A stretch of 64,000 nucleotides of DNA from Eledone cirrhosa (taxonomy: Eukaryota), in the NCBI GenBank assembly GCA_964016885.1, contig OZ024741.1, forward strand, positions 90,892,001 through 90,956,000. Reading direction: 5' to 3'. The position numbers and the translations under genes are program-made. The notes under the pieces were generated by a model, which saw only the letters and a program-made list of their open reading frames with translations, was not told where the DNA came from and ran no database searches. Below, piece by piece: positions 1 through 14,087 of the stretch (the first letter of the stretch is position 1; each line of letters begins with the position of its first letter).

Positions 1-468
1 TAGAAATACCTCTTGCATAACTACAAAGCTCCGGATTGGATAACATCAACATTCTAATATTCTAATCAAATCGAACAATATAATTCGGACTTTCGACCGT
101 GGATTTTTATCGCTTGGGAGAGGTGACCGTTTCTGCGCATGCGTATTAATACGGTTCTTTCTCGTTTTCCTGTTCCGTATAACCATTATCAGTCCGTCTT
201 GAAGATCCGTAAGGTGAAACAATTGTTCTCGGTATGGTGAACTAACTGTTGTGTCACTACTTCTATATATCTCTCTCTATATATATATGAATTTAAAAAA
301 GTGAGAACGGGGCTGTGTGGTTACCAATAAATAGCATTTAGGAAACGTGAGAGAAAAGTCAAACACAAGGACAATTCCCGCTCATCACTCTTATCTTTCT
401 CTCACCTTCAGTTCTTTCTCCCTCCCACTTTCTGATTCTCTTTCTTTCTTACTAACTAACTCCTTTCT

Positions 469-516
<48 letters not shown>

Positions 517-595
517 CTACTTTTCCACTCCTACCCACTTCCGTTTTCCTTCGTTTCTTACTTTCCACAACTGTTGTCGCTATGATCAGGCATTA

Positions 596-672
<77 letters not shown>

Positions 673-999
673 GCTTGTTAATACGGTTTCAGAACTTATG
701 TTCGGCCACTAGTATTAACCCTTTCCCTTTCCTTTTCCCTCGGTTACAACCACACTTTCATGTACTGCTACCTTTGTTTTGTTTTTCCCTTTCTCTATCG
801 GTATATCTTACTTTCTTTTTGATTTTTTTTTTTTCGGTGTCTTTGTTATCATCCGTTGTGTTCTTCCTGGATAGTTATCCATTTTAGTTATTAACACACT
901 CTGCTGAAATGTACTGTCTTTAATGCATTCGAAACATAGTGATCCACAGAAGACAGCCGATGAGCAGGAATTGTCCTTGTGTTTATATATATATATATA

Positions 1000-1157
1000 T
1001 AACGAAGGAAATGTGGTAAGGAACCAGGTGGACCATAACGCACCAAAGTACTCAATACTTAGGGTAGTAGAGTGGGTAATAGGAGCAAGTAAGACCCCGA
1101 CGGCTGAGCTCAAGCCGTTTCGACGGCTTGAGCTCAGCCGTCGGCGTCTTACTTGTT

Positions 1158-1162
<5 letters not shown>
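1000..1162. repeat. Dispersed short repeat embedded in (TA)n with a ~40-bp-arm hairpin; related copy at 7021-7152
   Basis: 1001-1083 is nearly identical to 7022-7104. 1080-1161 is a near-perfect palindrome around TTTCGA. Confidence 0.75.
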
Positions 1163-1243
<81 letters not shown>

Positions 1244-1262
1244 TATATATATATATATATAC

Positions 1263-1293
<31 letters not shown>

Positions 1294-1308
1294 CATACAC
1301 ACACACAC

Positions 1309-1379
<71 letters not shown>

Positions 1380-1386
1380 TATATAC

Positions 1387-1427
<41 letters not shown>

Positions 1428-1744
1428 CAATATTAAATAAATGGAAACTATATTTATAAAACCATATTTATTTCATTATATATATTTCGGGGATATCATA
1501 TTAACAATATGCTATGCCTTCCTCAGACAAAATACAATATAAACAGTTTTATAGATAAATAGATTCGACATACCGTTATAACACCGACTTCCATTTGAAG
1601 AGGTTTAAACTGGCAGTGAAAAAATTTTACACAGAGAGAAAGAAAGAGAGAAAAAAAGAAAGAAAGACAGAAAACGAAGAAAAGGAAGAAAAAGAAGAAA
1701 TGCATGGAACAAAATAGAGAGATGGAAAGATAGATAAAGCGAAG

Positions 1745-1821
<77 letters not shown>

Positions 1822-1950
1822 CAAATCGTAAGGGACCAGATTCGCTAGGGTGAAAAAGATACTAACTATGGTGGACAATAGGGTTTTCCAGACTCAATTT
1901 AAGAATAAATCAAGAAAGTAAATACAAACCGGAATTGTGGCAACTACCAG

Positions 1951-2033
1951 ACACCCAGACAGCGTTTGGTGCTGCTGTTTCGCAATTTAATTGTGAAGAG
2001 AATTACCAATTCTTATTTCTCATCAGTGGGTGT
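1951..2033 (-). ncRNA. Type I hammerhead ribozyme motif with long branched stem II
   Basis: Minus strand reads ACACCCA-CTGATGA-G..(stem II)..C-GAAA-CAGC-loop-GCT-GTC-TGGGTGT. It has a 7-bp stem I, an intact core, a 5-bp stem III and a GUC cleavage triplet. Confidence 0.85.
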
Positions 2034-2409
2034 AAAATTAGTAAACTCTTCACATCTAAGTTACTCAGAAAACTGAATAGTGTGCGTATATAAAATAACG
2101 CACATGGCATCAGAAGCTAGCGTGTCCCATAAACTTATACCACTAAAAATAGCTGCCAAGTTTACTCGACATTTAAATTAGCTCAACAAATTGACGGAGC
2201 CGAATATATCAAAGGTATATATTGAGTTAGACACTCAAAATAGTCTCTTACAATTAAATAGCTTAAGGAAAGAAATGTTTCCGAGCCGTATAGTATAATT
2301 GAATATAAAAGAGAGATAAACACAGATATATATACATATATGTGTTCAAATCGTAAGGGACCAGATTCGCTAGGGTGAAAAAGATATTAACTATGGATAA
2401 TAGGATTTC

Positions 2410-2451
2410 ACCGAGCTGAGGATCCGCTAAGGTGAAACAATTGTTCTCGGT
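2410..2451 (+). ncRNA. Minimal type I hammerhead ribozyme motif (Penelope-like); degenerate second copy at ~194-233
   Basis: ACCGAG-CTGAGGA-TCCGCTAAGGT-GAAAC-AATT-GTT-CTCGGT. Stem I is 6 bp and stem III is palindromic (AACAATTGTT). The same segment recurs at 199-260. Confidence 0.7.
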
Positions 2452-2654
2452 ATGGTGAACTAACTGTTGTGTAACCACTTCTATATATATATATATATAT
2501 ATAAGGAAAAAAGATGAAATCGAAAATGCAACTGGAGTCTTTTTTTTTTAAATATATATTTATTTGGTTCCTTTACCGGTTTCGTAGTTCTTCTGCTTTT
2601 CAAAAGTAGAATTGAGATGGAGGGTTTGTGGTTTTTCTCACATCTGATTTTTCT

Positions 2655-2685
<31 letters not shown>

Positions 2686-2713
2686 GTGTAAGTATGTTTG
2701 TATGTATATATAT

Positions 2714-2802
<89 letters not shown>

Positions 2803-2830
2803 CGGTCGTTTTCCATACGACATATAGGCG

Positions 2831-2863
<33 letters not shown>

Positions 2864-2864
2864 G

Positions 2865-2916
<52 letters not shown>

Positions 2917-2919
2917 TAT

Positions 2920-3212
2920 ATAACTGTTTCTACTTTAGGCACAAGGCCAGCAATTACCCAGTGCATTACTGGTACTTTATTTTATCGACCCCGTAAGGAT
3001 GAAAGGCAAAGTCAACCTCGGCGGGATTTGAACTCAGATCGTAAAGGGACGTAACTATGCTGGAACGCATGGCGTCCGACCCTCTACCGATACTGCCAAT
3101 CCACCGCATATATATAACTGTTTCTACTTTAGGCACAAGGCCAGTAATTACCCAGTGCATTACTGGTACTTTATATTATCGACCCCGTAAGGATGAAAGG
3201 CAAAGTCAACCT
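2920..3212 (-). mobile_element. tRNA-derived SINE (family 1) plus tandem partial duplicate
   Basis: Pol III A-box-like TGGCAGTATCGG and B-box GAGTTCAAATCC on the minus strand, and central GCCTTTCATCCTTACGGGGTCGATAAAATAAAGTACCAG shared with many copies in the window. Confidence 0.85.
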
Positions 3213-3307
3213 CATATATATAACGGCGATGAATTAGTTTTTCAGTGAGTGTGTTCTGTTATTAATTCTGGCAATATTATTACACAAATATGACCCTCCC
3301 CAAGTAT

Positions 3308-3507
<200 letters not shown>

Positions 3508-3562
3508 CTGTGTGTATATATATATATACGGCCTATATGTCGTATGGAAAACGACCGTATAT

Positions 3563-3642
<80 letters not shown>

Positions 3643-3814
3643 GAGGTGAGTTTTATTGTAGCACAATAAAGCAATGCAAATATCGGATAAGTAGTTTATA
3701 GGACTGGAGTATAAATATTTATATTAAATATATATATATATTATATTATATAATATTTATATTATATATATATGTGTGTGTGAGAAAAACCACAAACGCT
3801 CCATCTCAATTCTA

Positions 3815-3850
3815 CTTTTGAAAAGCAGAAGAACTGCGAAACCGGTAAAG
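3815..3850 (+). ncRNA. Minimal hammerhead motif, U3-A8 core variant; inverted copy at 2571-2606 (-)
   Basis: CTT-TTGAAAA-GCAG-AAGAA-CTGC-GAAAC-CG-GTA-AAG, with palindromic stem III ACCGGT and a GUA triplet. Stem I is only 3 bp. Confidence 0.6.
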
Positions 3851-4097
3851 GAACCAAATAAATATATATTTTTTTTAAAAAAGACTCCAGTTGCATTGAT
3901 GTGTGATTTATCAAAAACAATAGCACGTCGTTTAGATTATAAGTATTTACAAGCTTCAATAATAAATATGAATACATTGAATGATATACAATTGGTGGTA
4001 TTTAAAATTGTTCATAATGATATGTGTGGTATAAGTGAAACTCAAATAGTTTATGTAGAAAATTATAATTTGATTTTTGATCAGATATAAAGCTCTC

Positions 4098-4213
<116 letters not shown>

Positions 4214-4214
4214 G

Positions 4215-4540
4215 TGTAGCCTGTTTAAATTCACATATCCCTCACGCCATAAATACCAGCAGATTTTTAATCTCCATATAGTGGAAAAACAGGAAATCCC
4301 CTCCACTAATAAACGCAGGAGACTTCTACCTTCCGGATGCTCAAGCAGAAGGTGAGAAGCATGCAACCGCCACCAATTAGAGCTCCCCAACAGAAGCCTA
4401 AACTGATGTAGGTATGTCAGAGAGCCGTTTCAAAAGACGTTTCCTAAACCACGAAACGACCGTCAGACATCCCGACAAACTATGCGTGGAACTTCAAAGA
4501 AAACGTCATAATTCTCCATAAAATTAAGGATATCGGAATT
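4215..4540 (+). mobile_element. Degenerate Penelope-like (Neptune-type) linker/GIY-YIG fragment
   Basis: Translates to YPSRHKYQQIFNLH and VGMSESRFKRRFLNHETT, similar to the better-preserved copy at 12320-12888. Confidence 0.6.
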
Positions 4541-4729
4541 ATCTCCCTTATATATAGAGAGTTGAACCATTATTTATTTAATTGATTAATTGAGATATTT
4601 TTAGAGTTCCTACTCTTAGCTTCAGAACTGCCCTACGCGATCAAGAATCTCCCATAAATAACTTATAATATAACAGATTAAAAAAGTTCGCGTTAAACCC
4701 AACGAAATTTAAGTATCTGCGTATGTCAC

Positions 4730-4905
4730 TGATCGGTATCGGGTCGGATACTATGCTTTGCAGCATAGAGTTACGGCCCTTTATGATCTGAGTTCAAATC
4801 CCCGCTGAGGTTAACTTTGCCTTTCATCCTTACGGGGTCGATAAAATAAGCACCAGTAATGCACTGAGGTAATTGCTGGCCTTGTGCCAAAAATAGAAAC
4901 AATTA
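4730..4905 (+). mobile_element. SINE family 1 copy (partial copy also at 5188-5275)
   Basis: B-box and conserved central domain as in 2920-3105. Confidence 0.8.
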
Positions 4906-4926
4906 TATATATATATATGTGTGTGT

Positions 4927-4997
<71 letters not shown>

Positions 4998-5392
4998 CAT
5001 ATCACTGACTGTATCTCATGCTATTTTTAACTTATTTAACTTATTTAACTTATTTACGTTTACGTTTTCTTTAACGAAAATCTCATTACTGAATTCTACT
5101 TCGTGGTGATCAGTTGAATTTCACTACTATAGGCTTTCTGATGAAGTACAATAAATAATTAAGTATTGCATATGATTCAACAATATCTTTGCCTTTCATC
5201 CTTACGGGGTCGATAAAATAAAGTACCAGTAATGAACTGGGTATTTGCTGGCCTTGTGCCTAAAGTAGAAACAAATATATATTGTAGTCAGTATATGTAG
5301 ACAATTCAAAATAGGCAGAGAAATATATGTCAAAGCAAGTAAATTCATAATCTCTTCACGCCGACTCTTTATTTTTCTTGGTGCAATACTTG

Positions 5393-5546
<154 letters not shown>

Positions 5547-5547
5547 C

Positions 5548-5611
<64 letters not shown>

Positions 5612-5980
5612 TAAAATAACAGATTAAAGTTTAAGCAAAGAATCGCTGCTTTCACCCTTAACGGGATCTTCTGAAACTAACAAAGTCAATCTGTAAACGC
5701 AGAACTGGATATTTAAAAAAAACGTTGCAACCGGGGGAAGACAGGAAGACGATACTTTGGTTCGTGGTAACGTTCGCTGGCAAAGAACGGGAAAAAACGA
5801 ATAATTCGTCATTAATAGGAGCGTTGAAAAACAATTACGCGCAAAGACAAAACCACGTTTATGGTATAAAAGAGGTCGTAGACTAATGTTCTCTTAGGTG
5901 GTGCATAGTGACGTTCTCTGGCAATGAACGAAAAGAAGATAATAAGTCATATGTGGAGCGTGGAGAACAAAAGCACGCAA

Positions 5981-6086
<106 letters not shown>

Positions 6087-6128
6087 AGAAAGAGGAAGAT
6101 ATATATATATATATATATATATAAATTG

Positions 6129-6975
6129 AAAAAATGAAATTTCATTTCTCACTCTTAGTACGGCTGATATTTAAATATAAGTATGTATACGTACATACAT
6201 ATATACAGACGTACAGTAGTATGTATATACATGCATGCACATATACATATACATATACATATGTACGTATGGGTTTACCGAACATTTATTATAATGCTCG
6301 GTTTGTTTGTAAACAAACAGTCCGAATTATTAGCCATACAGTGTTCCGCAACCAACGTTGCCCTTTTGTTCAACACTGACAAAGGAACGATGAACTAGTT
6401 TCTAGCTTATTAGCTGTTAACAGCACACTATACCTTCCTGTCAGTCGATTGAACGTTTGCGGCTAATAATTCGGGCTGTTTGTTTACAAACAAACCGAGC
6501 ATTATAATAAATGTTCGGTAAACCCATACATATACATACTTATATTTAAGTATCAGCCGTACTAAGAGTGAGAAATGAAATTTCATTTTTTCCATTTATT
6601 TTTTTCGGTACACCCGGCCGACTAACTCACTCGATATGCAAATTAGGCTGCTCAGCCGATAATACGCATAAGGAAAGTATATACTTTCAAACGATCAATC
6701 GACTGACAGGAAGGTATACGGTGGTGATGACAGCTAATAAGCTAGAAAGTAGTACATCGTTTTTTGTCAGTGTTGAACAAAAGCAACGATGGTTGCCGAA
6801 CACTGTACGGCTAATAATTCGGGCTGTTTGTTTACAAACAAACCGAGCATTATAATAAATGTTCGGTAAACTCATACGTACATATATATATATATATATA
6901 TATATGTGCATGTATGTATGTATATACATACTACTGTACGTCTGTATACATATATGTATGTACGTATACATACTT
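6129..6975. repeat. Complex fold-back repeat (MITE-like)
   Basis: 6129-6335 is inverted at ~6460-6595, and ~6180-6450 is inverted again at ~6695-6975. Contains the internal palindrome GTTTGTTTGTAAACAAAC. Confidence 0.7.
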
Positions 6976-6978
6976 ATA

Positions 6979-7023
<45 letters not shown>

Positions 7024-7148
7024 CGAAGGAAATGAGGTAAGGAACCAGGTGGACCATAACGCACCAAAGTACTCAATACTTAGGGTAGTAGAGTGGGTAA
7101 TAGGAACGTCGAAACGGCTTGAGCTCAGCCGTCCGGGTCCTACTCGTT

Positions 7149-7188
<40 letters not shown>

Positions 7189-7257
7189 AATAAAGATTCA
7201 GCGATAATCGCATTTTCGGCGGGCAGGAAAAGCGAAGCGAAACGCAAAAATCAGAAA

Positions 7258-7292
<35 letters not shown>

Positions 7293-7344
7293 AAAATGAG
7301 GTTTTTTTAAAAAAATGGATTTCGTACACGGATAAAAAAAAAAA

Positions 7345-7409
<65 letters not shown>

Positions 7410-7475
7410 TATGCCCCAAGGCTCTGATACCATCAACACTATAAACACAGAACTGGCACATCTAAGAACTGACTA

Positions 7476-7539
7476 ACTGCCTAATGAGGTCTGAGGTCAT
7501 AGCCATTCAATGGCCTATCATCGAAATATATATAGCAGT
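7476..7539 (+). ncRNA. Hammerhead motif with G5>A core substitution (probably inactive)
   Basis: ACTGC-CTAATGA-G..(stem II containing ATAGCCATTCAATGGCCTAT)..C-GAAAT-ATAT-ATA-GCAGT. Confidence 0.55.
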
Positions 7540-7584
7540 AAATAAACGATTATGAGTTCATGCAATTGACTTATGTTTCGTCAC

Positions 7585-7615
<31 letters not shown>

Positions 7616-8007
7616 CAATACATTAACAGAGAAAGCCTTAAGCTATACTCTGACTGGCTTCCATCTCACTCAACAAACATTAGGATATACCTTAGTATAA
7701 TCCCAATTTTACGTTTGGGGTGCTAACTATATGTATTTTGCGGAAAGCCAGTTGTATTATTTTATATGAGACATAATTAAAATAAAAATATATCTCCCTT
7801 TCCAAACAATTGTTTCATTATAAGTTTTCTACAAGTTGGGAGAATGTGTCCGGGTTATGTAGAAGCCTGCACATCTTTCCGTAGGAACATATGCAGGTGG
7901 GCACTTATAAATCATCAGTGGATGCCCGTCAAACATCGATATAAGAAAAATTCTCTTACCGATGTCAAATTTCATGTCAGCAATGGTCCCTCTCCGCATC
8001 ATAATGA

Positions 8008-8270
8008 TTTCTTTATTAACCACAAGGGTTTACATAAAGTAGACATTAAGGACAGTGCAGGACAATACAGGACGGTACAAATGGGCATTTCTGCGTGTAA
8101 AAAACAAAAACAGAGGATGTAACAAAAAATAACAATGAAAAATTCCCCAATAGGGGGGAGACTTGGGAGGGACATTTGTGGAGAAACCCCAGTAAAAGGC
8201 CACAATGACCCTTACCACCAAGGCAAGTGCCCTCTCCCAGTTTCCACCTTTAATTTACAGGTATATAATT
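8008..8270 (-). mobile_element. 3' UTR fragment of a Tx1-like LINE
   Basis: Terminal CCCTTGTGGTTAATAAAGAAA (minus strand) and CCTATTGGGGAA motif match the 3' ends at 25595 and 31405. Confidence 0.65.
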
Positions 8271-8276
8271 CCAGCA

Positions 8277-8341
<65 letters not shown>

Positions 8342-8689
8342 GTAAGGGAGATAATTCTAACAAGAAAAAGGGAGTAACTTGTATGCAGAGTGATATGACA
8401 CGTAACAAAATTGTTATCTTTATTACCATTGTAGTGAAATAAATCAACTTAGAAACACACTTGTTTGGTAATTCTTTCACTCTTTTATTCTTTTGCTAGT
8501 TTCACTCATTAAAATTTGGACATGATGGAGTATCGCAGAAAGCTGAACCGAATACTGCAAAACATTCTCTACGACGTTTTAATGACTCTTCCAATTTGCC
8601 GCCTACTTTATAATTCTGTATCATATGATTAATAGAATATGTATTTATAACCCAAAATGAAACTGTTGTACTGGAATAGAATAGATTGG

Positions 8690-8995
8690 ACCTCTATCGG
8701 CTTCAGCGATGAGTGTTCCATTAATTTAATTCAATGGAACAGCTTGCGCAAGAAATTAATGTGTAAGTGACTGTGCATTCTACTAACATATATACTCTTA
8801 TTGTAATTATCAGAGATGAATCATTATGACAGTGTATAGTACATTCAACTCGCTTCCAAACAGTTCCCATCAACCCACTTTCACTCACAAGGCATTGGTC
8901 GACCCGAGCCTATGGTCAAAGATGCCACGTAGTGAGATCGAACCCGGAAGCCAACGATTGCGAAATTAACTTCTTAGCAATTTAGCCATGCCGCG
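8690..8995 (-). mobile_element. Degenerate SINE family 2/3 fragments
   Basis: Similar to 24050-24355, 34240-34375 plus 34930-35110, and the reverse complement of 43205-43480. Confidence 0.6.
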
Positions 8996-9269
8996 ACTAC
9001 ATGTGGTAAATGGTTTCACATAGTCGATCGACATGCTAGAAATAGTAGTCACATTTCCTTCAAGTCATACCCTACAGTATTCAATAAATTACACATCAGA
9101 TATTAATATTAATGGTACTACCAGAAGAATCACCCTTCGAGCGGTTTTCTGCTGGCATATGTAGTGTGCATATTGATATTATTCGCAAATATATTGATAT
9201 ATAGATATGATATGTAAATTGAAAAGTAAATTGACAATATCCCATTTATTCACCCATCTATTTCTGAGA

Positions 9270-9690
9270 GGGTCGTGGGGGCAGAGTCCTTCTCAAACAC
9301 TCCTTCCAGTGAGTCTGTCAGAAGCAAACATCTCTAACTGAAATAGCTGGATCATGAGTGACTCTTTGATCTTTGAGCTATACACTTTACCGAGTAACGT
9401 TACTCCAAAGAACCTTCGGAGGAACCCCATTTCGGCCGCTTATATTTGCAATCATATTCTTTCCACCATTACCCAATATTCATGACCCTAGGTAATGGTT
9501 GACGGGAATACCAGGAAGACAGTGAGTTTTACACCTACCTCCCTTCTTCTGATTACTGAATGCTGAAACTGACGCATTACTGCATCAGCTCCTGCAATTC
9601 TTGCACGTAATTCAGCCTCCTGCCTTCCATCACTTCTCTACCTGCTTAAGTGGAACTCCATTCACATGTATATAAATTTGAGAAACTTCT
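9270..9690 (-). mobile_element. Degenerate RTE-clade (Rex3/Expander-like) LINE fragment
   Basis: Minus-strand translation gives VMRQFQHSVIRRREV and ...GHEYW...IQ..EMGF-like segments, homologous to 40715-41090. Confidence 0.65.
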
Positions 9691-9869
9691 GCCTATCCGT
9701 CCGTCACACAATGTGTGTGCGTGTGTGTGTGTGAATGAATGTGTGTGTAAAAGGAAGGAAAGGGATACACACGTATATGTCTCTAACTTAAAAACAGTGA
9801 CACACACGTCTCTAATTTAAGAATGCCGATAAACTCACGCGCGCGCACATACACACACTGTCCTATTAC

Positions 9870-10300
9870 CACTCAAGAGCTTTAGCCCGAGCAAATATCC
9901 CCTCAATTTTAGAACCATCTGGGTTGTCCAGAATTGATGGGAAAAGACCTGGCGGTCTTACCCTGTGCCCCTGGTCAAGAGGCAGGTGCCTTATATGGGA
10001 CGTCACAGTTAGTCACTCTTTTGCTTCTTCCCACATCCTAGATGCAGCGGTAAGGGCGAGAGCTACAGCATCCGCAGCTGAACGGAACAAAATCCTAAAA
10101 TACCGTGATCTGTTGGCTAACTACATTTTCCAGCCTGTGCCGTTTGGGGAAGTCAGGCTACTGACAGCGAGGTTCTTATCTTCACTGGCGGCTTGCCTAA
10201 CCAAGGTAACTGATGAAGCTCGTGAGGGAGCTTGATTGTTCCAGCACCTCAGCCTCGCCTTCACCCGATGTAACGCTGCGTGTGTGCTGGCTTGTATAAA
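9870..10300 (+). mobile_element. CRE-clade non-LTR retrotransposon 3' fragment (restriction-like endonuclease)
   Basis: DGKRPGGLTLCPWSRGRCLIWDVTV...AAERNKILKY...LFQHLSLA matches the RPDG..PW..G...WD.T pattern of CRE-type RLE domains, with an in-frame stop. Confidence 0.8.
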
Positions 10301-10890
10301 AAGTCATTAGGGAGGTTTCCCAGTGAATCTATGTGTTTGTGTGAAAGTATGTGTATTTATGTGAATGTATGTCTGTGGGTGTGTATTTTTGTGTGTATGT
10401 GTTTACGCGATGATAGTTATATACTCATACATATAAATGCTTTCATATGCACATACGTACACACGTACACATACGCATACACACACGTCAGCGCGTTGAA
10501 AAGATCCTAATCTCTTCATTTCTCTCTCTCTTTCTCTGTCTCTGTCTCTCTCTCTCCCTCTCTCTCTCTTTCTCTTCCTCTCTCTTTCATATATCTATAT
10601 ATATCTATATATATATAATTGGTGTGGGATACTTAAAGCGTCCGTAAGCGGTAGGCTGTTTGAGTACTCGATGCTCTTACAGAGCAGAGTATGATATCAT
10701 ATAAGAAACGGAGAATCAGTGTTGCGACGAATAAAATTTATTAGACATATTACAATCGTTTCTCTGGCGACCAGCTCGAGGCACGTTCGATGTAATGATT
10801 GAACCTGACTCTGAAATCGCAAGGTCCGCAGATACGTACCGATTCTACGAAGCAGAGTTTCCAAATGTCCAGTTACACCCACGGCCTTCA

Positions 10891-11435
10891 CTCGGCAGCT
10901 TAGATCCTGTTGTCATTCTATGAGTGATCGAGAATTGTACACGTCTCGGTATTTTGGCCACGCCTGACCGTCCTATATTTGGTTCCTTTCATTCGCCACC
11001 TGTCAATCAAAGTTGTTTCTTAAATCGGAATTACTACTGTATGAGGTAAGGGGTTATATGATTGAACCGCTCGCGCCCTGTCGCCGCCTTCTCAACCTGT
11101 AGGTGCTCTCACCTATGTCCATGTTTCGCACAGGCGTAATACATATGGGCACTTATATACCCACAGCGATCACGTACACATCAGCAACTGTATTATATGC
11201 GACAATCACAGTAAATATTGAATGTGCAGCGAAAACTTAGAAAGAATTGAAAAAAAAATGAAAAAACATTTAACAGAACGTTTCAGAAAAACACCCTCAA
11301 AATAGCTTAAAAAACACACATAAATAAAAAGAAGAAAATCCTGTAAAAAGAACGTTTTTAAAAGAATGCTTGAAATAGCCTTTCAAAAATGTTATTTCAA
11401 AGGTATTTATGATAAATATACACATATCTACACAC

Positions 11436-11509
<74 letters not shown>

Positions 11510-13489
11510 TACTCAGGAAAGCGTATATAGTTAAGACGCTGCACTGATGAAAAAATGGAAGATCTACACATCTACATGCATACACTTACACAGACATGTT
11601 CATACAAATACATCCACCCAGACATTATGCACATGCATGTATGCATATGTGCGTGGACACACATACATACATGTACTTGCACATGGGCATGCTTATACAT
11701 CTCAGGGACTGACGATCCAAGGGACTGGGTAAGAGCCTGCACATGAGACAGGTATCATGAGTGGTGGACACAAGTTATATATATTGTGAATGTGTAGAAT
11801 ATCCTTTTCATAATAGTATATATGAAATGTACATGGAATGGATGCATACATGGAATATATCGGGAATGTATAGAATATGTGTTTCATAACAGTATATATG
11901 AAATGTACATGGAATGGATGCATAAGTGGAATATACCAGCGGCTTGTATTGTAGGCATGTACATAGCAACGGCAGGCAAAGTTAGAAATAACTGCAACAA
12001 TAACCTTAAGACCATCATCAAGTCCAACATCAAAGTTGCAAATTAAACATCACGAATCGAAAATCAAAAATTAAAAATCAAAAGTTCAAATTCAAATTCA
12101 AAACCACACATAAGGTTGTAGACAAAATCAGACTTATATTGAGTCGGCGTCCCCAAGTTGGTGGGATGGTGTTATCCAAGGTACGTTACGAGGTAGGTAT
12201 CGTTGGATCTGTCGTTGATATCAGCTTGTTTCGCCTTGCATTTATAGGTATGCTGTGGCATATCGTGGTCCGCTGCATGCGCCCCACCTTGCATTGTCAT
12301 ACCGGTAGTGCCTTAGATAGATAGACCCATCCGGTATCACTAAAGCGGAGAGCGTGCATTTACGCTGGTGTCTGCGGGCCATGATGATTTCAGATTTGAG
12401 GTTGACTGCGTCACCCTTTAGTTTTACTATCTCCATAGCCTCGAACAGGCACAACTTGCACCTCATCTCGTCAGCCGAGTACGCATTCGCGCGCTGGACA
12501 ATACTCCAGCTGAGGTCAAACTCTGTGCCACTGTCTTTGAGTCCCCATATTAGGTCCGCCAGTCTAGTGGAGTGTCTCTTGTTCCTTTCTTTGAACGAGT
12601 TCTTGTGGTTGTACATCCTCGATTTAAAAGTCGTGGATGTTTCCCCGATGTAGGTGTGTCTATCATTGTGCGTGGTAACCACACATCTGTAGACAACGCC
12701 CCCGTCGTGCCTGAGGCCTGTAAAGTTTGTCGGTGGGGTGTCCTCAGTTTCATTGTGTTGGCCTTGACCATGTAGTCTGCCATGTTGGGTGCCGTGGAAA
12801 ATGAGAACTTCACGGTGTGGCGGTTGAATATTTTGTGGTACCTGTGGGATGCCGGGAAACACTCGTCCAATGCCCTGAAGAAGAATCTTATATATCTTAT
12901 ATAACCCTATGCACCACAGTCCTCAAGTATTTTATGCAACTTTATGCAACTTTATGCACATACCAATAAGGTCCGGGTGGCGTGAACAGATACCCCCTCT
13001 GCATCTTTGTCATGTATACATTCCTTTTTCCAGTATTTTATTTTATCTTATTTTATTTTATGTACGTACACACTCATGTTTTATATGTGCCACCCATGTT
13101 ATCTGTGATTAGTGCATGGCTACTACGTAGCTATGCATTTATGCATATTGTGCATGCACTTTCAGGTTTATATCGCCACATGAATGGGTTGGGTCCAAAC
13201 CTCAAGAATGTTGTCTCATAATATTTTATGCGTCATGTGCACAGTTACGTGTGTGTGTGGATATCTAGGTATTCATCAAGTATGTGCTTTTTTTTAGATG
13301 TATAAGCATGCCCATGTGCAAGTACATGTATGTATGTGTGTCCACGCACATATGCATATATGCATGTGCATACATGTCTGGGTGGATGTATTTGTATGAA
13401 CATGTCTGTGTAAGTGCATGCATGTAGATGTGTAGATCTTCCATTTTTTCATCTGTGCAGCGTCTTAACTATATACGCTTTCCTGAATA

Positions 13490-13551
<62 letters not shown>

Positions 13552-14087
13552 GTGTATATTTATCATAAATACCTTTGAAATAACATTTTTGAAAGGCTAT
13601 TTCAAGCATTCTTTTAAAAACGTTCTTTTTACAGGATTTTCTTCTTTTTATTTATGTGTGTTTTTTAAGCTATTTTGAGGGTGTTTTTCTGAAACGTTCT
13701 GTTAAATGTTTTTTCATTTTTTTTTCAATTCTTTCTAAGTTTTCGCTGCACATTCAATATTTACTATGATTGTCGCATATAATACAGTTGCTGATGTGTA
13801 CGTGATCGCTGTGGGTGTATAAGTGCCCATATGTATCACGCCTGTGCGAAACATAGACATGGGGAGGGTACCTACAGGTTGAGAAGGCGGCGACAGAGCG
13901 CGAGCGATTCAATCATATAACCCCTTACCTCATACAGTAGTAATTCCGATTTAAGAAACAACTTTGATTGACAGGTGGCGAATGAAAGGAACCAAATATA
14001 GGACGGTCAGGCGTGGCCAAAATACCGATGACGTGTACAATTCTCGATCACTCATAGAATGACAACAACAGGATCTAAGCTGCCGAG
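10891..14087. mobile_element. Non-autonomous piggyBac-type TIR element, ~800-bp TIRs
   Basis: Arms 10891-11702 and 13296-14087 are reverse complements. Ends are CTCGG...CCGAG, flanked by TTCA (10887-10890) and TTAA (14088-14091). No transposase inside. Confidence 0.8.
12320..12888 (-). pseudogene. Penelope-like (Neptune-type) linker + GIY-YIG endonuclease, frameshifted, no RT
   Basis: FFRALDECFPASHRYHKIFNRHTVKFSFSTAPNM, then in another frame GVVYRC..TYIGETSTTFKSRMYNHKNSF..CKLCLFE..NLKSEI..RH. Confidence 0.85.

Noticed and set aside
2920-3105. tRNA genes
   Set aside because: The A/B boxes belong to SINE heads; no cloverleaf is evident.
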